DNA from: Comamonadaceae bacterium
Lineage (GTDB): Bacteria; Pseudomonadota; Gammaproteobacteria; Burkholderiales; Burkholderiaceae_C
Assembly (NCBI GenBank): GCA_947373605.1
Contig: CANBYM010000001.1
Span: 26,191-90,190 of the forward strand
Reading direction: 5' to 3'
Length of the DNA: 64,000 nucleotides
The notes under the pieces are model-generated. The model made no database searches. It saw only the letters and a list, made by a program, of their open reading frames with translations, and had not been told where the DNA came from. The position numbers and the translations under genes are program-made. Shown piece after piece: positions 29,767-39,782 of this stretch (position 1 is the first letter of the stretch; every line of letters begins with the position of its first letter).

Positions 29767-31152
29767 TCAAACCCGCATAAGTGCTTCGATGGCTTCGGGC
29801 TCCACCGGCACGCCGCGGCTGATTAATTCACAACCGGTATCGGTCACGATTGCGTCATCCTCGATGCGGATACCGATGTTGTGAAACTCCTGCGGCACAC
29901 CGTGTGCCGGGCGCACATAAATGCCAGGCTCAATGGTGAGTACCATGCCGCTGCGCAATATGCGCGCCGGGCGGTTCACGATAGTCTCGCCGGTGAGCGC
30001 ATCCTTGCGTTCGTTGCGAATACCCAGCTCGGAGGGTTCGGTGTAGGCGCCGCAGTCATGGACATCCATGCCCAGCCAATGGCCGGTGCGGTGCATATAA
30101 AACTGGAAATAGCTGCGCTGTTCAATCACGTCGTCGACCAGCCCCACTTTGTTTTTGTCGAGCAGGCCCACGTCAAGCATGCCCTGCGCGAGCACGCGCA
30201 CGGAAGCCTCATGTGGGTCGGTAAAGCGTGCACCAGCTTTGGTGGCCGCAATTGCTGCGACTTGTGAGGCCAGCACGATGTCGTACAGGGCTCGCTGTGC
30301 TGCGCTGAATTTGCCGTTTGCCGGGAAGGTGCGCGTGATGTCGCTGGCATAGCCGTCCAGTTCGCAACCGGCGTCTATCAGGACCAGTTCGCCATCGCGT
30401 ACCAGCCCCGCATCGGCCCTGTAATGCAACACACAGGCATTGCCGCCGGCTGCCACGATGGAACCGTAGGCGGGGTACTGCGAGCCGTGGCGGCGGAACT
30501 CATGCAGCAGTTCAGCGTCCAGGTGGTACTCGCGCAACTCTTTGCCCTCGCGCAGCATGCGTGCTGACAATTGCATGGCACGTACATGTGCACCGGCGCT
30601 GATCGTCGCGGCACGGCGCATGGTGTCTTGTTCGCCAGCGTCTTTCATCAAACGCATCTCATCGAGTACACCGCATAAGTCGCGCTGTTGCTCAGGGCAC
30701 AACGTCCCATAGCGCACGCGTGCGCGCACGGCGTTGAGCCAACCATCGACGGTGGATTCCAACCCTTTGTGTGTCGCAAACGGAAACCAGACCACATCGC
30801 GCCCGTCGATCAGGCCCGGCAGTTGGTCGTTGAGTTCGGTCACTGAGAAAGCTGCGTCTACACCAAGCACTTCTGGTGCGGCTTGCGGCCCGACGCGAAT
30901 TCCATCCCAGATTTCGCGTTCCATATCTTTGGGCTGACAAAACAAGGTGCTGTGGCCATCGCCGGCAATGACGAGCCAGGCCTTGGGTTCATTAAAGCCG
31001 CTCAGGTAATAAAAGTAGCTGTCCGCACGAAACTGAAAGTCGCTGTCGCGATTGCGTTGCTGCTCCGATGCGGTGGGGACAATGGCGATGCCATTTGGCC
31101 CGATGCGTTTTGCCAGTTCGTTGCGCCGGTTGCGGTAAGTGGAAGCATTCAT
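29767..31152 (-). CDS. pepP: Xaa-Pro aminopeptidase
   Basis: DAGCE..GYASDITRT, GHWLGMDVHD, TIEPG and GIRIEDD motifs. Confidence 0.95.
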   Translation of the reverse strand: MNASTYRNRRNELAKRIGPNGIAIVPTASEQQRNRDSDFQFRADSYFYYLSGFNEPKAWLVIAGDGHSTLFCQPKDMEREIWDGIRVGPQAAPEVLGVDAAFSVTELNDQLPGLIDGRDVVWFPFATHKGLESTVDGWLNAVRARVRYGTLCPEQQRDLCGVLDEMRLMKDAGEQDTMRRAATISAGAHVRAMQLSARMLREGKELREYHLDAELLHEFRRHGSQYPAYGSIVAAGGNACVLHYRADAGLVRDGELVLIDAGCELDGYASDITRTFPANGKFSAAQRALYDIVLASQVAAIAATKAGARFTDPHEASVRVLAQGMLDVGLLDKNKVGLVDDVIEQRSYFQFYMHRTGHWLGMDVHDCGAYTEPSELGIRNERKDALTGETIVNRPARILRSGMVLTIEPGIYVRPAHGVPQEFHNIGIRIEDDAIVTDTGCELISRGVPVEPEAIEALMRV

Positions 31153-31166
31153 AGTTATTGGCTCAG

Positions 31167-31913
31167 TTAATTGGGCATAACGCGGTTGAGTTGGTCCAGG
31201 CGCTCGGGTGTGCCCACATCGGTCCATGGACCAGTGTAAATCTCAGCGCTCACCCGTCCCGCGTCCATCGCAGCACGTAATAGCGGTGCCAGGGCTGCTT
31301 TCTCGCCCTGCGGGTTGCCGTGCGCAATGCCGCAAAACGGGGCCAGAAAAAGCGCTTTGCGATACAGGCCGACGGTGGAGTAGGTGTAACGCGGCAACGG
31401 CGTGTCTTTAGGCATATTCATCGCGAGGCCGGTGGTCGTATCCAGCCCGAAGTCGCCAGCCGGGTTATGCGGCGGATTGGGGACAAGCCAGATGTGTGCC
31501 AGGCTGCTGCTAGCGGTAAAGTGATTAAAGCTTTGCTCACTAAATACGAAGCCTGGCATGTACACATCGCCCGCCAACACCCAGAACACTTCATTCAAAT
31601 CCGGCAGCGCGCGTGAAATGCCACCCGCAGTCTCCAGCGCGCCGCCAAAGTCGCGCCCCTCATGGGAATAGCGCAATGTACTGCCATAAAGGGCTTCAAT
31701 CTGTTCACCGAGCCACGCGGTATTGACCAACACATCATCAAAGCCCTGACTGGCCAGCGCTTCCAGGTGCCATTGCATCAGCGGCTTTCCCAGCACAGAC
31801 AAAAGTGGTTTTGGCGCGGTGTCAGTCAGCGGTCGCATGCGCTCGCCGCGCCCCGCAGCCAACAACATGACTCGCAACAGGTTTGACTGGGTGGGCAGGT
31901 TAGGACTTTGCAT
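31167..31913 (-). CDS. murU: MurNAc-1-phosphate uridylyltransferase-like nucleotidyltransferase
   Basis: LAAGRGERMRPLT..PKPL, LETAGGI and WTDVGTPERL motifs. Confidence 0.85.
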   Translation of the reverse strand: MQSPNLPTQSNLLRVMLLAAGRGERMRPLTDTAPKPLLSVLGKPLMQWHLEALASQGFDDVLVNTAWLGEQIEALYGSTLRYSHEGRDFGGALETAGGISRALPDLNEVFWVLAGDVYMPGFVFSEQSFNHFTASSSLAHIWLVPNPPHNPAGDFGLDTTTGLAMNMPKDTPLPRYTYSTVGLYRKALFLAPFCGIAHGNPQGEKAALAPLLRAAMDAGRVSAEIYTGPWTDVGTPERLDQLNRVMPN

Positions 31914-31976
31914 AGATCAGTGAGAATGCGATCACAAGCATAGCCGAGCAGGGTAACGAACTGTTACAGGACGGCT

Positions 31977-32699
31977 ATGAACGCTATAGCGAACAGGGCT
32001 ATATTGCGTAATATCGGCTTGAGGATGCCACAAGAACAAGTTTTGCCATGGGAGTGCGCGTTGAAAATTGACCCCAAATTAAAGAACCGTATCCGCTTTA
32101 ACCAGCTCGAAAGCGAGGCCAAAACGCGTCTGCGCCGGTTTTACCACGTCACTTCAGCCGAAGCGGCGCTGCGAATTTTGCAGTCCGGCTTTATCTGGAG
32201 TGATGCGCAGGACTTATGCCCCAACTTTACTTCCAACCGCAGCGCTAAAACCGGGTTCGGCCCGGTGCAGGAAGTCTGGCTCACCTTCAATTTTGACGGT
32301 CCCGCACACTTGGTACCCGAGGAGTTTCCAGCGTCGCAATATGCGCCAAACGCCCTGTACATTCACTTGTATGAATGGCCCGACATGTTCGATCTGGAGG
32401 GTATGCGGGTCGCCAATTTGCGGGTCGCGGCGGGCACTTCGGCAGGCCTTGAATGCATCGGTTACCAGGCGTTGCCGGAATTTTTGGAACGATGCAAAAC
32501 TGATCTTGAAGCCACGATGTTGCTCACCCGCATCAAACGCCTGGCGGCAATAGCGCGCAGCGTACGCGTGCCCGCAAGCGGTGCGGAGCGCAAGGAGGTC
32601 CGGGCAAGCTTTCCCAAATCCACTTTCACCAAACTGGATCGTTACAAGCTGCAGTTTCACCTTTTCAAACGGCGATTAAGAAAAAAATTAAAACTTTGA
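31977..32699 (+). CDS. Hypothetical protein with an ADP-ribosyltransferase-like motif
   Basis: 240-aa ORF filling the gap; RFYHVTS...ILQSGF resembles ART strand 1 (YHxT); highly basic C-terminus; start uncertain. Confidence 0.6.
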   Translation: MNAIANRAILRNIGLRMPQEQVLPWECALKIDPKLKNRIRFNQLESEAKTRLRRFYHVTSAEAALRILQSGFIWSDAQDLCPNFTSNRSAKTGFGPVQEVWLTFNFDGPAHLVPEEFPASQYAPNALYIHLYEWPDMFDLEGMRVANLRVAAGTSAGLECIGYQALPEFLERCKTDLEATMLLTRIKRLAAIARSVRVPASGAERKEVRASFPKSTFTKLDRYKLQFHLFKRRLRKKLKL

Positions 32700-32773
32700 T
32701 ACTTCAAAAAAATACAACGTAATCAACGATTACGTTTAAATATAAGTTCTCCTGTCATCTCTAAACTGGCAGC

Positions 32774-33337
32774 ATGTTTAAGGTTACTGCTCCCGCCGCC
32801 CGCTACACCACCACAGCCATTGCACTGCATTGGATTCTGGGTATTTCGATTTCCACTATTTTCTGTGTCGGCCTTTATATGGCTGACTTGCCGTTTTCTC
32901 CGCAAAAACTCAGGCTCCTCAATTGGCACAAGTGGGCTGGCGTCAGTATTTTGTTGCTTTCTGTGGTGCGACTGCTTTGGCGCATTACTCATCGCCCCCC
33001 TGCGTTGCCGAAGGACGTGACTCAGGCCATGCCCGCATGGCAGCACTTTGCCCATTCGCTCACCCATACGGGACTTTATGTACTGTTTTTTGCCGTGCCG
33101 TTGATCGGCTGGGCCTATAGCTCGGCGGCCGGTTTCCCGATCGTGTTGTTCGGCCAGATACCACTGCCGGATTTTGTAAGTCCGGACAAGGCGCTCGCTG
33201 AACTCATCAAGCCTTGGCATGAGATAAGTGCCTGGTCCATGGCTGCATTGGTGGCACTGCATGTGGCCGGTGCAATCAAGCACCAAGTGATTGATCGCGA
33301 TTCATTACTTCGCCGCATGTTGCCTGTAGGCGCCTGA
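32774..33337 (+). CDS. Cytochrome b561 (YceJ-like)
   Basis: Four TM helices with His ligands (LHW, WHKW, AHSLTH, WHE, LHVAGA); next to yceI-like genes. Confidence 0.92.
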   Translation: MFKVTAPAARYTTTAIALHWILGISISTIFCVGLYMADLPFSPQKLRLLNWHKWAGVSILLLSVVRLLWRITHRPPALPKDVTQAMPAWQHFAHSLTHTGLYVLFFAVPLIGWAYSSAAGFPIVLFGQIPLPDFVSPDKALAELIKPWHEISAWSMAALVALHVAGAIKHQVIDRDSLLRRMLPVGA

Positions 33338-33370
33338 GCTAATTTCCCTATTCATTTTTTGAGAGTTTTT

Positions 33371-33937
33371 ATGACGCGTATGCATGTTTCTGCAGCCTTG
33401 GTCCTGTCTGCCATATTTCTCAGTCCGCTGGCATTTGCCCAGCAAAAGCTTGTCCCTGCGCAAAGTGACATTCAGTTCGTCAGCAAGCAAATGGGTGTGC
33501 CGGTAGAGGGTAAGTTCAAGAAGTTTGACGCCCAGATCAGCTTTGACCCCGCCAAGCCGGAATCATCCAAAATCGCGTTCACCATTGACACCGGCAGCGC
33601 CAGCTTCGGCGCGCCGCAAACCGATGCCGAACTCCCCAAGGCGCCCTGGTTCAATGTGACCAAGTTTCCCCAGGCCACCTTCGAGTCCACCGCCATTAAG
33701 GGCACAGCCGGCAAGTTTGAAGTCACCGGAAAGCTCACCATCAAGGGCAATGTGAAAGACGTCACCGTGCCGGTAGTACTCACACAGGCCGCCAATATCA
33801 CCACCGCCGTGGGCAGTTTCACTATCAAGCGACTGAACTTCAAGATTGGCGACGGCGAATGGACAGACACCGCCATGGTGGCCGATGACGTGCAGGTCAA
33901 GTTCAAGCTCGCACTCAGCGGTGTGGCCAAGATTTAA
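33371..33937 (+). CDS. YceI family periplasmic polyisoprenoid-binding protein
   Basis: Signal peptide; WFN..KFPQATF and GKLTIKG motifs. Confidence 0.92.
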   Translation: MTRMHVSAALVLSAIFLSPLAFAQQKLVPAQSDIQFVSKQMGVPVEGKFKKFDAQISFDPAKPESSKIAFTIDTGSASFGAPQTDAELPKAPWFNVTKFPQATFESTAIKGTAGKFEVTGKLTIKGNVKDVTVPVVLTQAANITTAVGSFTIKRLNFKIGDGEWTDTAMVADDVQVKFKLALSGVAKI

Positions 33938-33980
33938 CCCCCATTTCCTCGATTCTTTTTCAACCTTTAGGAGTATTTCC

Positions 33981-34559
33981 ATGCGTAAAACTTTGCTGGC
34001 CATCGCGGCCGCTTCCTCCCTTTTGGCAGTGGCTTCTCAAGCTCATGCAGCCAATTACGACATCGACCCAACCCACACCTTTGTGACGTTCGAGATCGGT
34101 CACTTCGGCGCTTCGGTAAACCGTGGTCGTTTCGACAAAAAAGAAGGAACGGTTGCGTTTGACCACGCTGCCAAGACCGGCAAAGTTGACATCAGTGTGG
34201 ATGTGACGTCCATCAACACCGGTACCGATGCATTCAACAAGCACTTGCAAAGCGCCGACCTGTTTGACGCAGCCAAGTTCCCCAAAATCCGCTTTACCGC
34301 AGACAAGTTCACGTTTAACGGCGACAGAGTCAGCCAAGTTGCCGGTACGCTGACGCTCTTGGGCAAGACCCAACCCGTCACGCTCAAACCCAACCAGTTC
34401 AACTGCTATGAAAGCCCGATGATCAAGCGTGAAGTTTGCGGGGGCGATTTTGAAACTACGATCGACCGTACACAGTTCGGAATGAACTACGGCATCGATT
34501 GGGGCTTCCCGAAAGACGTGCGCCTGGTGGTGCAAATCGAAGCAGTTAAGCAGCAATGA
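33981..34559 (+). CDS. YceI family protein (second paralogue)
   Basis: AGGAG RBS, signal peptide; IDPTHT, HFG, TLTLLGKT and IDRTQFGM motifs. Confidence 0.93.
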   Translation: MRKTLLAIAAASSLLAVASQAHAANYDIDPTHTFVTFEIGHFGASVNRGRFDKKEGTVAFDHAAKTGKVDISVDVTSINTGTDAFNKHLQSADLFDAAKFPKIRFTADKFTFNGDRVSQVAGTLTLLGKTQPVTLKPNQFNCYESPMIKREVCGGDFETTIDRTQFGMNYGIDWGFPKDVRLVVQIEAVKQQ

Positions 34560-34680
34560 GTGCAACGCATGCGGTGCCTCGCGGCGCTGCGTTGAATACA
34601 AGTCGGCGTACTACCTCGTAATCGCCGGCTTGTATCATGGTCGCTCCTGATCCTTCAATTGAACGCAAAAGGAGCGAACC

Positions 34681-35727
34681 ATGGGACTGATGGACTTCAT
34701 CAAAAAGCAATTTATTGACGTCATCCAATGGACCGAGGCGTCCGATGGAACGCTGGCCTGGCGCTATCCCATGGCTGACATGGAAATTCAAAATGGCGGC
34801 GTGCTGGTGGTACGCGAATCGCAAATCGCCATGTTCGTCAACGAGGGCAAGGTGGCCGATGTCTTCGGTCCCGGCACCTACAAGCTCACCACCCAAACCC
34901 TGCCTCTTCTTACCTACCTGAAGAACTGGGACAAGCTATTTGAATCCCCGTTCAAGAGCGACGTTTACTTCTTCAGTACACGCCAGCAAATTGACCAGAA
35001 GTGGGGCACGCCACAGCCCATCACCATTCGCGATGCGGACTTTGGCGCCGTGCGCCTGCGCGCATTCGGCAACTACAACTACCGTATTGCCGACGCCAAG
35101 CTTTTCCACAACGAAATCTCTGGCACGCGCGACAACTATTCGGTAGACGACGTGGATGGCCAGCTGCGCGGTCTTGTGTTACAAAATATTAGTAACGCCA
35201 TTGCGTCGAGCGGCATTGCGTTTTTAGACCTCGCTTCGAACCAATTGGCCTTCGCGCAAGCATTGGTCAAGCAGCTTGCGCCCGAGTTCGAAAAGATCGG
35301 TCTCAAGCTCGAAGGCATGACGGTGCAAAACCTCTCGCTGCCCGAAGAGTTGCAAAAAATTTTGGATCAGAAAATCGGCATGGGCATGGTCGGAAACGAC
35401 ATGGGCAAGTTCATGCAATACCAAACCGCGCAAGCGATACCGAAGTTTGCCGAAGGTGCAGGTTCAGGCGGCAGCGTCGCGGGTGATGCGATGGGGTTGG
35501 GTGCTGGTGTGGCCTTAGGCCAGGTGCTGGCGCAAAATCTGCAAGCCGGTTTGAGCAGTGGTCCTGCGCAAGCGGCGGCCTACGCAGCGGCAGCGCAAGC
35601 GGCAGGTGTGAAGCCTGACGAAGTAATGGCCACACTGGAAAAGCTGGCCGACCTCAAAGGCAAGGGCGTCCTGACGCAAGAAGAGTTTGATGCCAAAAAG
35701 GCGGAGCTACTCAAAAAGCTGGTGTAA
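34681..35727 (+). CDS. SPFH/band-7-like (YdjI-like) protein with C-terminal SHOCT domain
   Basis: LVVRESQ.A.FVNEG, FGPGTY, SPFKSDVYF, KWGT; SHOCT-like LEKLADLKGKGVLTQEEFDAKKAELL. Confidence 0.88.
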   Translation: MGLMDFIKKQFIDVIQWTEASDGTLAWRYPMADMEIQNGGVLVVRESQIAMFVNEGKVADVFGPGTYKLTTQTLPLLTYLKNWDKLFESPFKSDVYFFSTRQQIDQKWGTPQPITIRDADFGAVRLRAFGNYNYRIADAKLFHNEISGTRDNYSVDDVDGQLRGLVLQNISNAIASSGIAFLDLASNQLAFAQALVKQLAPEFEKIGLKLEGMTVQNLSLPEELQKILDQKIGMGMVGNDMGKFMQYQTAQAIPKFAEGAGSGGSVAGDAMGLGAGVALGQVLAQNLQAGLSSGPAQAAAYAAAAQAAGVKPDEVMATLEKLADLKGKGVLTQEEFDAKKAELLKKLV

Positions 35728-35784
35728 AGATTTTGTCCGCACGTTGCGTTTCTTCGCGAGTCGGCTAAATCGTCCTGCATCCGC

Positions 35785-37314
35785 ATGCAAACAATCACCC
35801 CACAGCGAGCGTACCGGGCACCGTGTCCTGGGTGTGGTGCGCCGGTCAGTTTTCTGTCGGCACAAAGTACCCACGCCGTATGTGCGTACTGTCAGAGCAT
35901 GGTGGTGCGAAGCGGTGAAGTATTGCAGCGCATCGGGAAAATGGCCGAGCTCTTTGATGACCACAGCCCCTTGCAATTGCAGGCTGCAGGCACTTTCAAT
36001 GGAAAGGCATTCACGCTTGTAGGACGGCTGCAATACAAATATAGTGAGGGCACCTGGACCGAGTGGTACGCCCTCTTGGCGGACGGCAGCAATGCATTTT
36101 TGAGCGAAGACAACGGCGCTTATGTTTTCACCACGCCGCAGCCGCAGCAGCGCGAGTTGCCGCCTGCGCAGGCATTCCGCCTGAATGCGACAACAGCAAT
36201 CAACGGCAAAACCTTTACCGTTACTTCCAACCAGGAAGTTGCACTGCTTAGCGCCCAGGGCGAGTTGCCACACATGCCCGAGCTTGGCCGTGCGTTAGCC
36301 ATGGTTGAGCTGCGCAGTCAAAGCGCAGAGGCACAGGCCGGTGTCGGCGATGTACTCAGTATTGACTACAGCACGCAGCCGCCATCTGTCAGCATGGGCC
36401 GTGCGGTATTGCTCGAAGACCTCAAACTCACCGGCCTGCGTGACGAGTCGGACAAAGACGAAAAGGCACGCCAGTTCAATTGCCCGAACTGCGGGGCTTC
36501 GCTGAGCCTTCAGCTGGCCACAAGCAAGAGCATGACCTGCTCGTCCTGCAACAGCGTCATTGATGTGTCGCAAGGCATAGGCGGCGAGTTGCGCCACGCG
36601 TTGCAGGATGAGCCCGTTCAGCCATTAATTGCATTGGGAAGCACTGGGCAGCTGCAGGGCGCGCAGTGGCAGGTAGTGGGCTACCAGCACCGTATGGGGA
36701 CCGATCCAGTGGACCCGGGCGAACAATTCGGCTGGGACGAATATTTGCTGTTCAACAACAAGCGCGGGTTTATCTTTTTAGTGGACTCTACAGAGGGCTG
36801 GAGCGTAGTGAAAACGGCAACCGGTGCGCCGGTAGTCGGCTCCAATGGGCAAAGCGCCAACTACCTGGGCACCCGCTACCTGCTCAAAGAAAGTTACGTG
36901 GCAGAAACCAACTACGTGCTTGGCGAATTTTATTGGCAGGTGCAGCGTGGCCAGCGCACCTCCAACCGCGACTACGCCAGCGGCAACAGCCTTCTCTCCA
37001 TGGAGCAAAGTAGCGCCGAGCTGACGTGGTCGGTCGGTAGCAAAATTACCAGCGACACGGTTGCGCAGGCTTTTAATCTTCAGGGTAAGAAAGAGTTGCT
37101 AAAACGCACCGACGTGAGTCCGCTTTCGAGCGTAAGCAACCCCTTGCAAGACCCCAAGTTCTGGATGTTTGTGTTCATAGTGTTGGTCCTGTTGTCCATC
37201 AGCATGTGCAGTAACAACTGTGATCCCAATGTGAACAACTGTTCCAGCTCGGGCGTATACCGAACCTCGGGTGGATCATTCGGCGGCTTTTCGTCCGGTG
37301 GCGGCCACAAGTAA
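35785..37314 (+). CDS. DUF4178 protein: two zinc-ribbon + DUF4178 modules, C-terminal TM and Gly-rich tail
   Basis: CPGCG/CAYC and CPNCG/CSSC pairs; WTEW and WDEYLL segments; TM near the end; tail GGSFGGFSSGGGHK. Confidence 0.85.
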   Translation: MQTITPQRAYRAPCPGCGAPVSFLSAQSTHAVCAYCQSMVVRSGEVLQRIGKMAELFDDHSPLQLQAAGTFNGKAFTLVGRLQYKYSEGTWTEWYALLADGSNAFLSEDNGAYVFTTPQPQQRELPPAQAFRLNATTAINGKTFTVTSNQEVALLSAQGELPHMPELGRALAMVELRSQSAEAQAGVGDVLSIDYSTQPPSVSMGRAVLLEDLKLTGLRDESDKDEKARQFNCPNCGASLSLQLATSKSMTCSSCNSVIDVSQGIGGELRHALQDEPVQPLIALGSTGQLQGAQWQVVGYQHRMGTDPVDPGEQFGWDEYLLFNNKRGFIFLVDSTEGWSVVKTATGAPVVGSNGQSANYLGTRYLLKESYVAETNYVLGEFYWQVQRGQRTSNRDYASGNSLLSMEQSSAELTWSVGSKITSDTVAQAFNLQGKKELLKRTDVSPLSSVSNPLQDPKFWMFVFIVLVLLSISMCSNNCDPNVNNCSSSGVYRTSGGSFGGFSSGGGHK

Positions 37315-37331
37315 TTTAAAGGAGATGACAA

Positions 37332-37544
37332 ATGGAATGGATGAAACCTGAAGTTGTATTGGGATCGGTGGTGTATGCCATCGTGGGAGTGCTGATTTTC
37401 TGGATCAGCTTCATCATCATTGACAAGCTCACGCCCTACAACCTGTGGCACGAGATTGTGGAAAAGCAAAACAAAGCACTGGGCATGGTGGTGGCTGCCA
37501 TGTCGCTGGGCATTTGCATCATCGTTGCCGCGGCCATCCATTAA
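37332..37544 (+). CDS. DUF350 small membrane protein
   Basis: Two TM segments; IDKLTPY.LW.EI..KQNKALG..IIVAAAIH; GGAG RBS. Confidence 0.88.
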   Translation: MEWMKPEVVLGSVVYAIVGVLIFWISFIIIDKLTPYNLWHEIVEKQNKALGMVVAAMSLGICIIVAAAIH

Positions 37545-37557
37545 TGCGGGCGTGCTG

Positions 37558-39099
37558 ATGGGTTTGGTCAGTGCTGTAGACCTGGCCCTGTTGGCTTCGG
37601 TTTTTATCGTCTCAGCCTGCGGGCTGGTGTATGAATTGGCAGCCGGTGCGCTGGCGTCGTATCTGCTGGGCGACTCGGTGTTGCAGTTCTCCACCGTCAT
37701 CGGGGCCTATCTGTTTGCCATGGGTGTGGGCTCCTACCTTTCCCGATTTCTGGAGCGGCAACTCAGCGCGCATTTTTTGCGGATAGAACTTTTGGTGGCG
37801 CTCGCCGGCGGTGCTTTGCCGACTCTGCTGTTTGTTGCCCATGCGGCGGTTCCCACATCATTTCGCTTTGTGCTGTATGCCATGGTGTTTCTGGTGGGCG
37901 TGCTAGTCGGGCTGGAGATACCGTTGGTTATGCGCATGCTGCGCAAGAATGTGGCGCTCAAAGACCTCGTGTCGCAGGTGCTCACATTTGACTATCTGGG
38001 CGCCTTGGCCGTGTCCATTGCATTTCCACTTTTACTGGTACCTCAACTTGGCCTGGCGCGCACTGGACTCTTTTTCGGTCTGATGAATGCGTTGATCGCA
38101 CTTTGGGCGCTATGGCTGTTCCGCCATGAGTTACGACATTTCAAGGCACATACATTTGCCACGCTTGCCACCCTTATTGCGCTGTCGGCTGGCATGGTGG
38201 CGGCTGACAGGATTACCACTTGGGCTGAAGACAAGCTTTACCAGGACCGTGCAGTGATCGCACTGACCACGCCCTATCAGCGCATTGTGGTTACCAACGC
38301 CCCGGGTGAGGGGCGCGTGGGATACCGGTTGTTTCTCAACGGAAATTTGCAGTTTGCGCAGCGCGACGAGTACCGCTACCACGAGGCCTTGGTACATCCC
38401 GTAATGGCCGCATTCGCAGAGGGCAGCGCGCCCAAAAAAGTCGCGGTATTTGGCGGTGGCGATGGCATGGCGGTGCGCGAGATTCTCAAATATCGGGGCG
38501 TAGAAAGTGTCACGCTGGTGGAGCTGGACCCAGCCATGACACGCCTGTTTTCGCAAACACATGAGCTCGCGGAGCTAAACGGCTATTCACTGTCATCGCC
38601 CAAAGTCAAAGTGATTAACACCGATGCCTTCAGCTGGCTGGAAGGCACGGGCGAAGTGTTTGACGCGATCGTGGTGGACTTCCCGGACCCCACCAATTTC
38701 GCCATCGGCAAGCTTTTCACCAACTCTTTTTACGCACTGCTGGACAAACATCTGAGTGCCAGTGGCTATGCGGTCATCCAAACGACCTCGCCGCTGGTGG
38801 CACGTAAAAGTTTTTGGACTGTGGTCGGTACGATTGAATCCACGGGGCTGACCGCAACGCCCTATCACGCACACGTGCCCAGCTTTGGCGAATGGGGCTT
38901 TGTGATTGCCAGCCGTCGTCCGTACCGGCTGCCGCAATCATTGCCCGAAGGTCTGCGCTTCCTGAATACCAAAAGCCTGCCGCTGTTGTTCGACTTTCCA
39001 CAAGATATGGGCCGCGTCCCCACCGAGGTCAACCGCTTGTCAAACCAGGTGTTGGTGACGACTTACGAAGAAGAATGGGGGCGGGTGGCAGCACACTAG
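37558..39099 (+). CDS. Membrane-anchored polyamine aminopropyltransferase (spermidine synthase-like)
   Basis: Multi-TM N-domain (CGLVYEL, GLEIPL), then YHEALVHP, GGGDG, VELD and DFPDP motifs. Confidence 0.9.
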   Translation: MGLVSAVDLALLASVFIVSACGLVYELAAGALASYLLGDSVLQFSTVIGAYLFAMGVGSYLSRFLERQLSAHFLRIELLVALAGGALPTLLFVAHAAVPTSFRFVLYAMVFLVGVLVGLEIPLVMRMLRKNVALKDLVSQVLTFDYLGALAVSIAFPLLLVPQLGLARTGLFFGLMNALIALWALWLFRHELRHFKAHTFATLATLIALSAGMVAADRITTWAEDKLYQDRAVIALTTPYQRIVVTNAPGEGRVGYRLFLNGNLQFAQRDEYRYHEALVHPVMAAFAEGSAPKKVAVFGGGDGMAVREILKYRGVESVTLVELDPAMTRLFSQTHELAELNGYSLSSPKVKVINTDAFSWLEGTGEVFDAIVVDFPDPTNFAIGKLFTNSFYALLDKHLSASGYAVIQTTSPLVARKSFWTVVGTIESTGLTATPYHAHVPSFGEWGFVIASRRPYRLPQSLPEGLRFLNTKSLPLLFDFPQDMGRVPTEVNRLSNQVLVTTYEEEWGRVAAH

Positions 39100-39104
39100 G
39101 GCGC

Positions 39105-39782
39105 TTACATCCCCAAGGAGCCAAACACTTTTTTCAGCAGGCTGCTGCCGGTTCCCAACGGGTCTGCACGAATCTGCTTTTCCTGCTCTGCAATCATCAG
39201 GAACAAGCCGTCGAGGGCCTTCCCGGTAACGTAGCTGTCCAAATTTGCGTCTTTGCTATCGAGCAGCCCGAATTTGGCCGCCTGGCCTGCGACACCGTTG
39301 TACTTTTGCGCCAATTGCACCTTGGCAGTTTCCCGCTGGACAACCGGCAGAAACCTGGCGGTCAGGTCGGCGGAAGTTGCACGCTTGAAATACTGCGTAG
39401 CCGAGTCCTGGCCTCCAGTCAAAATATTCTTCGCATCCGTAACCGACATGTTTTTAACGGCGTTTAACAATAGTGGTTTGGCCTCGACCACAGCAGCTTC
39501 CGCTGAGTGATTCATGGCGTTCACCAGATCGTCTACTTGCTTGCCCATGCCGAACTGACGCGCCATGCCCTCAGCGCTTTTGAGTGACTGGGGCAACTCA
39601 ATGCGCACCTTTTGGTTGCCCAAAAACCCATCGGGCTTGCTCAACTCAGCCACCGCAAACTCAGTGCCTCGTGAAATCGCTGCCTTCAATCCGCTAGCGG
39701 CCTCGGCATTGGTAAGGTCAATGGCGTGCGCAGCCGCAACACACATTGCACCCATGGCGGCAATGAATAGGCGCTTTTTCAT
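39105..39782 (-). CDS. DUF4197 family exported protein
   Basis: Signal peptide; GLKAA...DGF.GN..VRI.LP, MN..AE.A and ALDGLF.MIA..EK.IR.DP motifs. Confidence 0.88.
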   Translation of the reverse strand: MKKRLFIAAMGAMCVAAAHAIDLTNAEAASGLKAAISRGTEFAVAELSKPDGFLGNQKVRIELPQSLKSAEGMARQFGMGKQVDDLVNAMNHSAEAAVVEAKPLLLNAVKNMSVTDAKNILTGGQDSATQYFKRATSADLTARFLPVVQRETAKVQLAQKYNGVAGQAAKFGLLDSKDANLDSYVTGKALDGLFLMIAEQEKQIRADPLGTGSSLLKKVFGSLGM

